From NCBI GenBank assembly GCA_050117845.1, contig JASFLY010000001.1:284845-348844 (forward strand): a DNA stretch of 64,000 nucleotides, given 5' to 3'. This DNA is from Candidatus Zixiibacteriota bacterium. Lineage in GTDB: Bacteria; RBG-13-66-14; B26-G2; WVWN01. The notes under the pieces were generated by a model that saw only the letters and a program-made list of their open reading frames with translations, was not told the DNA's origin and searched no databases. The position numbers and the translations under genes were made by a program. Below are positions 16,890 to 26,632 of this stretch, one piece after another (the stretch's first letter is position 1; every line of letters starts with the position of its first letter).

Positions 16890-17855
16890 CTACCGGTACA
16901 ACGCCTTAACGTCTCCGAGGGACGCCGGTTCTACCGTCGGTTCGGATTCGCGGAAATACTGGACGCGATAATTACACATATCGACGACATACACGAATTC
17001 GCCGGACGGCGAGAAATCGACACCACGGACGCCGTCGAATTCCCCGTCGCCGGAACCGCGCGTTCCCCATTGCCCCAAGAAACTGCCGGCCGCCGTAAAA
17101 TATTGTATCCGGTCGTTCCCGGAATCGCCTACGAAAACGCCGCCGCCCGGACTAACGTTGACGCTTTTCGGCGTTATAAACTCGCCGGGTCCCGACCCCC
17201 GCGTACCCCACCGCCCGAGGAAACTGCCGTCGGCGGTGAAGTGATGTATACAACTCCCGTCGTAGTCGGTTACGTATACGTCGCCGTTGGGCGCTATGCC
17301 CAAGTCCTCAGGGAACTGGAATTGACCGTTACCGGTTCCCCGCGAACCGAATTTCCCTAAAAAACTCCCGTCGGCGGTGAAATACTGCACCCGGTAATTT
17401 TGACAATCGACCACGTATACTTTGCCATCCGGGGCCACCGCGAGGCTGCCGATAGTATGGAACTCGCCGTCACCACTACCCGAACTACCCCAACGGCCGA
17501 GGTAGCTCCCGTTTAAACTGAAATACTTAATGCATACGAATACACGGTCGATCACGTACACGCGCCCCGTCGACGATACGTCGATAGCCCCGGGGTACTT
17601 GAACTCGTTTTCGCCGTAACCTTCTTTTCCCCATTGGCCCAAATAGCTACCGACGGGCGAGAAGTATTGTACCCGGTAATTGAAAGTGTCGGATACGTAG
17701 ACGTTGCCGTTCGCGGCGACGCCGAGGTACTGGATGACCCAGAACTGGCCATTGCCGGACCCGCCGCTCCCCCACTTGCCCGCGAATACGTACCCTGCCG
17801 AAGCCTCCGCCAACGTAACGGCGCAGGTCAATAAAACAGCCACCGCGATCCTCAC
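16890..17855 (-). CDS. Secreted NHL-repeat beta-propeller protein with conserved C-terminal tail
   Basis: Signal peptide; six G.WG..GSG.G.F..P..VYV.D..N.RVQYF repeats; ends VEPASLGDVKALYR. Confidence 0.88.
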   Translation of the reverse strand: MRIAVAVLLTCAVTLAEASAGYVFAGKWGSGGSGNGQFWVIQYLGVAANGNVYVSDTFNYRVQYFSPVGSYLGQWGKEGYGENEFKYPGAIDVSSTGRVYVIDRVFVCIKYFSLNGSYLGRWGSSGSGDGEFHTIGSLAVAPDGKVYVVDCQNYRVQYFTADGSFLGKFGSRGTGNGQFQFPEDLGIAPNGDVYVTDYDGSCIHHFTADGSFLGRWGTRGSGPGEFITPKSVNVSPGGGVFVGDSGNDRIQYFTAAGSFLGQWGTRGSGDGEFDGVRGVDFSPSGEFVYVVDMCNYRVQYFRESEPTVEPASLGDVKALYR

Positions 17856-17878
17856 GGCTCAACCTCCTCCTAATCGAT

Positions 17879-19336
17879 TTAACCTTTGATAACGCCCAGC
17901 GGCTCGAGGCGCGCCACCGCCTTCGATATCCCGGCCTTTGTCACCACTTCGACGACGTCGCCCACCTCCTTATAGGCGTCGCTCATCTCCTCCGCCAGCG
18001 TCTTCGGCGACCGGCACACGACGCCTATCCCCCGGTCCTCCAGCTCCCGGGCGATGGACCGGCCTTTCGCCCGGCGCGTCGCCTCCTTGCGGCTCATAAC
18101 CCGGCCCGCGCCGTGGCAGGTCGACCCCCACGTCTCGGCCATGGCCCGTTCCGTTCCCAGGAGGACGTACGACTCGGTCCCCATGTCCCCCGGGATGATG
18201 ACCGGCTGGCCCAGCGGCCTGTACTCCTCCGGCAGTTCCGGATGGCCCGGGCCGAAGGCCCGGGTGGCCCCCTTCCGGTGGACCAGGAGCTTCTCCCGCT
18301 TCCCGTTTACGTCGTGGGTTTCGAACTTCGCAATGTTATGCGCGACGTCGTACACGAGCGTCATGCCCACGTGGCGGGGGGTGGACTTCAGCACCCGGGC
18401 GAAGACCTCCTCCGCCTGCGCCATCATGACCTGCCGGTTGGCCCAGGCGTAGTTGGCCGCGGCCGCCATCGCCCCCAGGTACTCCCGGCCTTCGGGCGAC
18501 TCGGTCGGGACGCACGCCAGCTGCTGGTCCGGGACCGAGATGCCGTAGCGCGGCATCGCCGCCCGCATCACCTTGACCCAGTCCTCGCAGACCTGGTAGC
18601 CCAGGCCCCGCGACCCGGAGTGTATCATGAGCGTCACGCCGCCGGCCTCGAGGCCCAGGGCCTCCGCCGCCCGGCCGTCGTAGACCTCCGCGACGACGCC
18701 CACCTCGATGAAGTGGTTCCCGGCGCCGAGGGTCCCGACCTGAGGTCGGCCCCGCTCGACCGCCCGTTTCGAAACCGCCGCCGGGTCCGCGTTCGGAAGC
18801 GAGCCCCCCGCCTCCGTCCGGGACAGGTCGTCCTCGTCGCCGTAGCCCTGCGCCACCGCCCACTTCGAGCCGTCGCGCAGGACCGTTTTCAACTCTTTCT
18901 CGGAAAGGCGCAGGCTGCTCCGCGTGCCCACGCCGCACGGTATGGCGTTGTAGAGAGCGCCGAGGAGGTCGGGGATTTTGTTTTCGACGTCGGCCTCGGC
19001 CAGGGCCGTACTCATCAGGCGGACGCCGCAGTTGATGTCGTACCCCACGCCGCCGGGCGAGACGACGCCGTCCGAAACCCGCGTGGCCGCGACGCCGCCG
19101 ATGGGAAAGCCGTAGCCCCAGTGGATGTCGGGCATCGCGAGCGCGTGACCCACTATACCCGGCAGCGTGGCGACGTTGGCCACCTGTTGCGGCGTCTTGT
19201 CCAGGCGGACGTGCGCGAGCATCTTCTCGCTGACGTATATAAGGCCGTCGACGCGCATGCGACCGTCGTACGACCTCGGCAGGCGCCACCGCCAGTCGTC
19301 CACCTTCTCCAGCGTCCCGGACCACTCCTCGGCCAT
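17879..19336 (-). CDS. rtcB: RtcB-family RNA ligase
   Basis: MPDIHWGYGFPIGG, GYDINCG, GTLGAGNHF, HSGSRG, HNIAK, HRKGAT, STCHGAGR. Confidence 0.95.
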   Translation of the reverse strand: MAEEWSGTLEKVDDWRWRLPRSYDGRMRVDGLIYVSEKMLAHVRLDKTPQQVANVATLPGIVGHALAMPDIHWGYGFPIGGVAATRVSDGVVSPGGVGYDINCGVRLMSTALAEADVENKIPDLLGALYNAIPCGVGTRSSLRLSEKELKTVLRDGSKWAVAQGYGDEDDLSRTEAGGSLPNADPAAVSKRAVERGRPQVGTLGAGNHFIEVGVVAEVYDGRAAEALGLEAGGVTLMIHSGSRGLGYQVCEDWVKVMRAAMPRYGISVPDQQLACVPTESPEGREYLGAMAAAANYAWANRQVMMAQAEEVFARVLKSTPRHVGMTLVYDVAHNIAKFETHDVNGKREKLLVHRKGATRAFGPGHPELPEEYRPLGQPVIIPGDMGTESYVLLGTERAMAETWGSTCHGAGRVMSRKEATRRAKGRSIARELEDRGIGVVCRSPKTLAEEMSDAYKEVGDVVEVVTKAGISKAVARLEPLGVIKG

Positions 19337-19347
19337 AACCGCCCCGC

Positions 19348-19998
19348 TTATAAAGTGTAAATCTTTACGCCCACGGAGATGACCCGCTCCTTCAGGTTAA
19401 ACTCGTCGTCGCTCGCCCCTTTCCCTCCGGCCGGGATAGTCTTCCAATCCTGAGTCGTCGAGCCGTAACGGTAGTCGAGCGAAAAGGAGAAACCCCGGGA
19501 CGGGTCCGGGAAGAACTCGAGGCCCGCCAGGCCGACCCACCCCGAACCCGAACTCTCGCCCTCGAGCAGGACCGTGGGCCCCGCCACCACTTGATGGGTG
19601 TAAGTGGTCCAGGCCACGCCGCCGCCGGCGTAAGGCCGGAGTTTCATCCGCCAGAGAGGAACCCGCACCCGTCCCCCGAAGACGAAGGTGTTGGCCTCGC
19701 CCTTGATGTCGGTCGGCGGCGTCGGGTAGCCGCCCGTCTCCGCTTCCGGCACGTCGCCCGTGGTATAGGCGTAACCCCACTGGATTATCGGCAAGACGAG
19801 CCATCTCGACGGCTCGTACGCCGCCTCCGCGAAATAACCGTACCCCGCGCCGCTCGCGCCCCAGCGCGGCGAATCGTTGGAAGTGTGCGTCCCCCCGGCG
19901 TCGAAGCCGAGAGAAATGCGCCCCGGGATATCCGCTTGCGCGGAGGCCGTGCCGGCCGCTACCCCCAGGATCATTATCGTTATTATTAACGGTCGCAT
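19348..19998 (-). CDS. Outer-membrane beta-barrel protein (OmpA/OmpW-like)
   Basis: Signal peptide, alternating beta-strands, RPYAGGG, terminal strand VGVKIYTL. Confidence 0.7.
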   Translation of the reverse strand: MRPLIITIMILGVAAGTASAQADIPGRISLGFDAGGTHTSNDSPRWGASGAGYGYFAEAAYEPSRWLVLPIIQWGYAYTTGDVPEAETGGYPTPPTDIKGEANTFVFGGRVRVPLWRMKLRPYAGGGVAWTTYTHQVVAGPTVLLEGESSGSGWVGLAGLEFFPDPSRGFSFSLDYRYGSTTQDWKTIPAGGKGASDDEFNLKERVISVGVKIYTL

Positions 19999-20013
19999 GC
20001 GCGCCTCCGTATT

Positions 20014-20661
20014 CTATAAGAAGAAACGGAAAAATCCTCCGATTTGGAATTGTTGAAACGTGAAATCGCCGTCCGCCCCGTCGGGCAAGTCCTCCCACGT
20101 GGAGTACGTCCTCTCGTACATAATCTGGCCGCCGATGGCCGTCCCGCCGGTCGGGGCGAACTCTATGCCGCCCACGGCCATCCATCCCGGGCCGGCTCCG
20201 TCGGTGCGGTCCAGAAGGCCCTCGTACCACGTGCGAACGACGTGCTCCTGCCACGCGTAGAGAAAAGAGGGGCCGCCGTAAACGTGAACTCGCGGATCGC
20301 CCAAACGGTAGCGATACAGCACGCCCAGCGATACCTGCCGCGCCAGTAGGCCTATGTTATCGGGGTCGTCGGCGTATCCGTGAAGCTCCCACTCCGGCAC
20401 GTCGCCCCGGCCCCACGTCGCCCCGGCCGTGACGTACGGCAGATATAGCGACGGGTGGACCCGGACGCCGAACTCGCCCCGGAAGGCCGCGCCCCACCCG
20501 GCTCCGCCGATGCGATTCCCGAAGGCCGCGCTGCGCGCCATCCCCAGTTGTATGCCCGCTAAAATCCGGCCCGGCTGGTCTACTTGCCTTCCCGCGCCGG
20601 CGGCCGGCGCCACCGCCGATAGCGCTGTAATTATCGCCAGCGTTATTGTAAGATTACGCAT
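20014..20661 (-). CDS. Outer-membrane beta-barrel protein
   Basis: Signal peptide, beta-strand pattern, terminal IGGFFRFFL; resembles its neighbour. Confidence 0.7.
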   Translation of the reverse strand: MRNLTITLAIITALSAVAPAAGAGRQVDQPGRILAGIQLGMARSAAFGNRIGGAGWGAAFRGEFGVRVHPSLYLPYVTAGATWGRGDVPEWELHGYADDPDNIGLLARQVSLGVLYRYRLGDPRVHVYGGPSFLYAWQEHVVRTWYEGLLDRTDGAGPGWMAVGGIEFAPTGGTAIGGQIMYERTYSTWEDLPDGADGDFTFQQFQIGGFFRFFL

Positions 20662-20746
20662 ATTATGTTATCCCCTTTCCTTCCGGCCCCTATTTTATAC
20701 CTTAACGGGTCGGCGGGGCAACCTTTTTTCTTTTGGCCCCGGAGAC

Positions 20747-21985
20747 ATGAAAGTCGAGAAAAAAGACCCCATTCTGGACGCCTGGCGCGAGAACCTCGCC
20801 CGCTGTCTGCGTTGCGGCCTGTGTCGCGAACTGTGCCCGGCCTTCCGGGCGACCGGCCGGGAGCGCTTCTCGCCCCGCGGCCGGCTGGCCCTGTTGCAGG
20901 CCAGGTTGGACGACGAGCCCCAGGCCCGGGACTTCGGCGCGCCGTTCTACGAGGCGCTGGACCACTGCCTGACCTGCCGCGCTTGCGCCGACCGCTGCCC
21001 CTCCGGCGTCGCCGGCGACGTCCTAATCCTCGCGGCGCGGGAGGCCGGCCTGTGCCGCGGCGGCCTGCCCTTCTTCAAATCGTGGGCCTACCGGCTGGCG
21101 CTCGGCCGGCCCCGCCTTCTGGCCTTCCTCACCCGCATCCTCTACTGGGCGCAAAAACTTAAGACGCTCCCGGCGGCCCTCTGGTTCCTGGACCTCCCGC
21201 CCAAACTCGCACTGCCCCGCCTCGAGCCCCGGCCTTTCGACGCCGGCGACCTGGGGCTGTACTTCCCCCGCGACGGCGCCGAATTCCGCGGCCAGGTTAC
21301 CTATTTCGCCGGCTGCGCCACGACCTACCTCTACCCCGGTACCGCCCGCGCGGTCGTGGACCTCCTCACCCGCGCCGGCTACATCGTCCGCGTCCCGACG
21401 GAGCGCCGCTGCTGCGGCATCCCGGCCCTCGCCGCGGGAGACCTCGCGCTGGCCCGCAAACTCGCCGCCCGCAACGTCGAGGCGCTCGGCGGCGAGGACG
21501 CCGTCGTCGTCGATTGCGGCTCCTGCGGCACGATGCTCACATATTATTATAACGACGTGCTGGAGGTCCCGGGCGCGGCGTCGCTCGTGGAACGGGTGAA
21601 GGACTTCACGGAACTCCTCCCGCCGGAGGAGATGCCGCGCCGGACCGACGGGAAAATAGCCTACCACGACCCCTGCCACCTGGCCCGGGGCATGGGCGTG
21701 GCCGCCGAACCGCGGGCCCTGCTCGGCCGCGTCGGCGAGCTGGCCGAACTCGACGCTCCGGGGGCCGTGACGTGCTGCGGCGGCGCCGGGGCCCACGGCC
21801 TTACCCACCCGGACCTGTTCGCCCCGCTGGCCGACGAGAAGGCCGCCGCGGTAGAGGCCACCGGCGCCGAAGTCGTCGCGACCGGCTGCCCGGCCTGCGT
21901 GTTTTATATAAACGAGGCGCTGCGGCGCCGGGGCGTCAAGGCCGAGGCCCGCCACACCGCGGAGGTTTTGAATAATAAGGGGTAG
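20747..21985 (+). CDS. GlcF/HdrD-like (Fe-S)-binding oxidoreductase subunit
   Basis: CLRCGLCRELCP, CLTCRACADRCP, CCG domains (RCCGIP, YHDPCH, CCGGAG, TGCPAC); start ATG 20747 after GGAG. Confidence 0.88.
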   Translation: MKVEKKDPILDAWRENLARCLRCGLCRELCPAFRATGRERFSPRGRLALLQARLDDEPQARDFGAPFYEALDHCLTCRACADRCPSGVAGDVLILAAREAGLCRGGLPFFKSWAYRLALGRPRLLAFLTRILYWAQKLKTLPAALWFLDLPPKLALPRLEPRPFDAGDLGLYFPRDGAEFRGQVTYFAGCATTYLYPGTARAVVDLLTRAGYIVRVPTERRCCGIPALAAGDLALARKLAARNVEALGGEDAVVVDCGSCGTMLTYYYNDVLEVPGAASLVERVKDFTELLPPEEMPRRTDGKIAYHDPCHLARGMGVAAEPRALLGRVGELAELDAPGAVTCCGGAGAHGLTHPDLFAPLADEKAAAVEATGAEVVATGCPACVFYINEALRRRGVKAEARHTAEVLNNKG

Positions 21986-21994
21986 TGTTCCGCC

Positions 21995-22282
21995 CCGGGC
22001 GCAACACATGGGGGCGCAACGCGTTGCGCCTCTACAACGGATACGAACAAGGAAAAACCTCCTTTACATAGGGCCGCGGGGTCGTTGGGTTCATTCATCG
22101 CGGGCTTTAAGATGGCCGTGACGAAACGGGTCAACCTATTACTCGATACGCCCGGGGGACGGGTATGGCAACGTAATTATTACGAGAGGATACTAAGGGG
22201 CGAAAAGGAATTGGCCCAAGCACGGGCCTATATATTCAACAACCCCCGCCTTTGGCCCGAGGACGATTACTACGAACCGTAG
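21995..22282 (+). pseudogene. 3' remnant of a REP-associated tyrosine transposase (RAYT / IS200-like Y1)
   Basis: SLGSFIAGFK...VWQRNYYERILR..E....RAYIFNNP; HUH-containing N terminus absent; begins at the palindrome GGCGCAACGCGTTGCGCC. Confidence 0.75.
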
Positions 22283-22325
22283 GGTGAAACGCGTAGGTTT
22301 GAATAATTAACAAGGGAGACGTTTA

Positions 22326-22853
22326 ATGAAAAAGCTCTTCAAACGTTTCGGCAGGTGGCTATCGCCGTCGGCCTTCGGCCTGGCCGTCATCTGCTTCGCC
22401 ATGCCCTTTATGGGAGTAACGTGCGCGGACGAAACGCTGTTCACGGTTAACGCCTTCGACGTTGCCGCGGGCGGCGTGTATCCCAAACACCTGGAGGGAA
22501 AAACGGAGGGAGTGGACGAAGAGGAACCGGATGACGTCAAGGCTAAACCGGCGAATATTCTGATGTCCGTCGCGCTCCCCCTATTCGTCCTGGCGGCGCT
22601 GTGCGCCACCTGGCGGAACAAACCCGGCCTCGCGCTGACGTTGTCGTTCGGCGGCGCCGGCGTTTTAACGACTATCCTCTACCGGGTCCAGTGCAGTTGG
22701 AGTTTCAACGTCGCTATGAACCCCACGTCGGTGGGCGACCTCGACCTCTCGGGGCTGTTGCACCAGGAGTGGCGCTACGGCTTCTGGTGCATTATATTAT
22801 TCGGCCTCGCCGGCCTTATAGGCCGTATCTACTACGAACGCGTGAGGGAGTAG
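22326..22853 (+). CDS. Hypothetical membrane protein (~4 TM)
   Basis: RBS GGGAG; hydrophobic segments. Confidence 0.7.
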   Translation: MKKLFKRFGRWLSPSAFGLAVICFAMPFMGVTCADETLFTVNAFDVAAGGVYPKHLEGKTEGVDEEEPDDVKAKPANILMSVALPLFVLAALCATWRNKPGLALTLSFGGAGVLTTILYRVQCSWSFNVAMNPTSVGDLDLSGLLHQEWRYGFWCIILFGLAGLIGRIYYERVRE

Positions 22854-22889
22854 GGGCACAACGCGTTGCGCCCAAATCCGAAATATAAC

Positions 22890-22912
22890 AAGGGGCCCCG
22901 CGGGGCCCCTTT
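22890..22912. terminator. Bidirectional intrinsic terminator
   Basis: AAGGGGCCCCGCGGGGCCCCTTT between convergent genes. Confidence 0.65.
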
Positions 22913-22940
22913 CATAATAGCCCATAACAACAAAACTCGA

Positions 22941-25505
22941 TTAACTCGCAGCCGAGGGAGTAATAATCGTGGGCGGCCTAATAAGCGTCCGGATTTCGTC
23001 GTATATTGATACGTCAATATCCGGGGCGACCTCGAGCGTAACTGCAAGTCCGTAGTTAACCTCGCCGTCGAACCCGCCAGCGTCGGCGCGGCAGTTCACT
23101 TTAATCTCTAATGAATCATCGGCGACGAAAACGGCTATGTCTTCACCTTCGAAAGTTTCGTGTTGTACTGTACCTCGTTGGGCGGCCCTCCAATCAGGAT
23201 TGACCCGTTTTACGCCGATTTTATCCATAGCGGTAGTATCAAACCAAAGGGTAGCACATCTATATCTGCGGTTAGCGTAATTGACGGGGGATAGCCAAGC
23301 TAAAGTAATAGTTAAACGGCGGTACATATTGGACCCGCTTAGGCTCGGCGGAAGGGGTATGCTATATAAATGGGCTTCGTCCTCAGAAAGAGAACCACAC
23401 CCTACAAGTGAGCAACGTTGGTCACTACAACTTAAAACACGGTCTACGTTTAAATTACCGTAACCGTAAAAACGGGATAGGCATTCGGAGCTCTCCCTCC
23501 AGTTTGACAAATAACCTAAAACACGAAGCACCTGGTTTGAAGTTTCAGGCCAAGCAACGCCGTGGACGATTAAAGCCTTGATTAAAACGGGAACGTAAAC
23601 GTCTTTTAGAATATTGCCCCCAGGTTCGTTTTGGAGTTCCTCGATTAGCTTTAAGGTTTTAGCACCGGCCCGGACGGTAAGCGCGGCTGCGTTACTTGTA
23701 CCTCGGCAATATCGGGTAGAGTTCAATACGCCGGGAGTCGTCCCCGGTGAGGCTACCGAATGGCCCGGCGGCCGAGAGGTCTTGACCATACTCACAGTAG
23801 AAGATGAACCGGGGGTTTCCATAAACAATACCCGGCCGCCCGGCGCTAATAAGTCGGGTTTTATTGACCTACGATAACCGAGACCAATCGCATTATAAGG
23901 ACACGGTAGATCCTCCGTCTCGAAAGCCTCGAAAACGCGCCCTGCTAAGGACGGGGTCGAGTTATCGTTATAAAACCCTCCGACCGTAAGTACGTTTATC
24001 GCCTCTGCGGGGGATAGTAACCTCCTATACCTCATTTCCGCGTATACACTCCTTATCACCGCCGTTTCTAGATCACCTCTTGGGAGATCACGCGCAGAAT
24101 TCGGACGAATATTTAAATCTAGATCGGCGTCGTGGTTGCCCGCGCTGACGATAAAGAGAACGTTGTTTTTATAAGAAAGCCAATCCATTAAACGGGCCCA
24201 GGGACTTACGAACTGAATAAACGGTTTCGCTTTGTCCCCAATCGAAAAATTGATTATCTTTACCCCAGAAGCTGTTGGGGCTTCTTCCCCATCACCTTCG
24301 TACATCCGTTTAATAGACCGGTAAACGATATCTACCGGTAATTCTCCTTCAGGAATTACTTCTTGCGTAAAATTACCGAATCCCTCTGCCTTCATAATGG
24401 GCCGAACATAAAGTGGCTTTTCGAGCGGCTCGTCGGAACCATCCGCGAAGTCGCCGTGTATTATCAAAGAAGCCATCGCAGTCCCGTGGAAACGTTCGTG
24501 TGGGGGGTAATTTTCCCCCCACCCATCGGGGTCGTCGATTATTAGACGTTGGTCAAGGGCTTCGTGTGTCCCCAGGGGCAACCCGTCTAATAAAGCGATT
24601 TCCGGTTCTCCCTCCGGGTATCGTTCATTAACTACAAAGGTTTCGCCGTTTGTTTCCTCATCTACTATGGGTACAGCGGTTTGACCCAGAGCCTTGTAAA
24701 ACATTACCTCGTTACTTTCGGTTAATTCTGTATTTGGGTTATTAATTATTTCTACTACCGAAGAACGAGGTAGTTCAACAAGAACCCCGTGATACCCTAT
24801 CTGTTCTAAAACAACCTTGTTTACTATCCTACCGGCGTTTCTTATTAATACTTCTTCAAACGCCGTTTCCTTTTCTACCCTGAGCGACTTGTTTCCCCGA
24901 AACCATAATTCGGCTTCGAACCTTATTAAATCCATCCCTAACTCTAAACGCTTTCCCCAATCCTGTAAGACGCCAGTTTCGATTAACCTGTCTTCTACAC
25001 CCCACAACCTTATATTCCGGAGTGACTTAAAAACGTCCCGGAACTTAGTAAATCCCCGGGGGAACTTAAAATCCGCGTCCCTCTTATAACTACGCCAAAG
25101 ACTCAACATATAATCCACGCCTTTTTGGTTGGCCATTATTAAAAAAAGGCGTCCCCCGAATGTTTTAGTCTCGTCTCCTCCCTTTCTTCTAAAATCTACG
25201 TCGGGTTCTATTTCTTCGAGTTCTATTTCCCCCAACCATTCTAGTCCGCTTTCAACCTTTTTAACAGCTTTTGCGAAGTCCTCCACGGAACCTGCGATTT
25301 CTAATACTAATACCCGTTCGGGAGGAGCCCCCGAAGGTGTTCCGCTAAGGCTCTTGAAAACCTTCCTTAAAAAAACGAATTGTGGGGTTAATCTTTCCCG
25401 TTGGCGTTCGTGAGTCGGGAAACTAATTCCGGGGGGTCTACTTTGAAGCATTCGCCTTTCTACCCTCCCGGGTTCCGGGAGTACTATTAACGGTTTTCCC
25501 TCCAT
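22941..25505 (-). CDS. S8 (subtilisin-like) cytoplasmic peptidase, IetS-like
   Basis: Triad motifs ALLDG, HGTAMAS, GTSNAAA; SAGNH, IKPDL; no signal peptide; AT-rich. Confidence 0.85.
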   Translation of the reverse strand: MEGKPLIVLPEPGRVERRMLQSRPPGISFPTHERQRERLTPQFVFLRKVFKSLSGTPSGAPPERVLVLEIAGSVEDFAKAVKKVESGLEWLGEIELEEIEPDVDFRRKGGDETKTFGGRLFLIMANQKGVDYMLSLWRSYKRDADFKFPRGFTKFRDVFKSLRNIRLWGVEDRLIETGVLQDWGKRLELGMDLIRFEAELWFRGNKSLRVEKETAFEEVLIRNAGRIVNKVVLEQIGYHGVLVELPRSSVVEIINNPNTELTESNEVMFYKALGQTAVPIVDEETNGETFVVNERYPEGEPEIALLDGLPLGTHEALDQRLIIDDPDGWGENYPPHERFHGTAMASLIIHGDFADGSDEPLEKPLYVRPIMKAEGFGNFTQEVIPEGELPVDIVYRSIKRMYEGDGEEAPTASGVKIINFSIGDKAKPFIQFVSPWARLMDWLSYKNNVLFIVSAGNHDADLDLNIRPNSARDLPRGDLETAVIRSVYAEMRYRRLLSPAEAINVLTVGGFYNDNSTPSLAGRVFEAFETEDLPCPYNAIGLGYRRSIKPDLLAPGGRVLFMETPGSSSTVSMVKTSRPPGHSVASPGTTPGVLNSTRYCRGTSNAAALTVRAGAKTLKLIEELQNEPGGNILKDVYVPVLIKALIVHGVAWPETSNQVLRVLGYLSNWRESSECLSRFYGYGNLNVDRVLSCSDQRCSLVGCGSLSEDEAHLYSIPLPPSLSGSNMYRRLTITLAWLSPVNYANRRYRCATLWFDTTAMDKIGVKRVNPDWRAAQRGTVQHETFEGEDIAVFVADDSLEIKVNCRADAGGFDGEVNYGLAVTLEVAPDIDVSIYDEIRTLIRPPTIITPSAAS

Positions 25506-25511
25506 AATCCT

Positions 25512-26492
25512 TTACTCCTTTATATCCGGCGTGACCTTTCTTTGCGCCTCCCACTGCTTAATCTTTTGATTTAAAATCGGTTTAACTGCACCGTCGGGCA
25601 GGGTTAATACGTAAGATCGAATCAAATCCGTCGTAAAACCCTCTAATTCTGCATAACTTGCCCCTTCGAATATTTTTATTTGCGGTATAAGCTCACCGGT
25701 AATCCCCAACCTCGTTTCACAATCGAATTTTCGGAACCATTCGGTTATTTGGCGTTGCCCCGGTTTCGGTAAATTCATTTTTATTTCGAAACGGCGCCAA
25801 ACCGCGCGATCCAATAACTCCGGGTGGTTCGTAGCAGTTATTACTACGACGTGGCTCGGGAGAGCATCTATCTGCAATAAAAGTGAACTAACAACACGTT
25901 TTATTTCCCCGGTCTCATGTATATCCCCCCGCTCTTTCCCAAGAGTATCGAATTCGTCGAAAAACAGGACGCAATTCCGCGTACTTACGTATTCGAAAAC
26001 CCTTTTTAAACGATTTGCGGTTTCTCCTAAAAACGTTCCTATAACACCTTCGTACCTAATTACAATCATAGGGACCATTAAAGCTTCGGCAATAGCTTCG
26101 GCTAACGATGTCTTTCCGTTACCGGGAGGCCCGATTAATAATATCCGATGACGAGGTTCTAGATTATGCGCGTTTAGCAGTTCGTGTCTATTATGTTCTT
26201 CGACGATTTCTTCGCACGACGTTCGAACTACGTCGGTAAGAAAAAGGTCCTCAATCCTGATTCTAGGGATAATTTCGTAAATTAAATTGCTTGTCCGGTC
26301 GTCGATTCCAACAAAACCAGTACGCTCGCCTTTGTTACTATTATTTAAAACACCGGCTAAACGTTCGGCTAAAACATGGTGTTTATTCGACCGTTCTTCC
26401 GCGATAAGCGCTTCAACGGTTTTATTGAAAAGTGCTCGGTCTCCTTTTGATCCCGATTGTACGAGTTTTAATAATAAGTCGGCGCGCGCCAT
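25512..26492 (-). CDS. AAA+ ATPase, IetA-like
   Basis: GPPGNGKT, LFFDEFD, ETGEIKRVVSSLL, ATNHPELLDRAVWRRF; 6 nt upstream of the S8 gene. Confidence 0.9.
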   Translation of the reverse strand: MARADLLLKLVQSGSKGDRALFNKTVEALIAEERSNKHHVLAERLAGVLNNSNKGERTGFVGIDDRTSNLIYEIIPRIRIEDLFLTDVVRTSCEEIVEEHNRHELLNAHNLEPRHRILLIGPPGNGKTSLAEAIAEALMVPMIVIRYEGVIGTFLGETANRLKRVFEYVSTRNCVLFFDEFDTLGKERGDIHETGEIKRVVSSLLLQIDALPSHVVVITATNHPELLDRAVWRRFEIKMNLPKPGQRQITEWFRKFDCETRLGITGELIPQIKIFEGASYAELEGFTTDLIRSYVLTLPDGAVKPILNQKIKQWEAQRKVTPDIKE

Positions 26493-26632
26493 CTTTCCTA
26501 CCCATCTTCTTCTCGGTTACCTTATCAGCTCGTTGAATCTACAGCGAATAGCGCTTTATATCAAGCTTTTTTTCGGTTATTATTTCAGTACTTATCAACC
26601 TGTATTCAATACGCAACCTATATCCGCACCCC

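Noticed and set aside
17879..19336. rtcB as part of a novel RNA-repair system
   Set aside because: No rtcA, rtcR, archease or Ro/Y-RNA neighbour; flanked by unrelated surface-protein genes.
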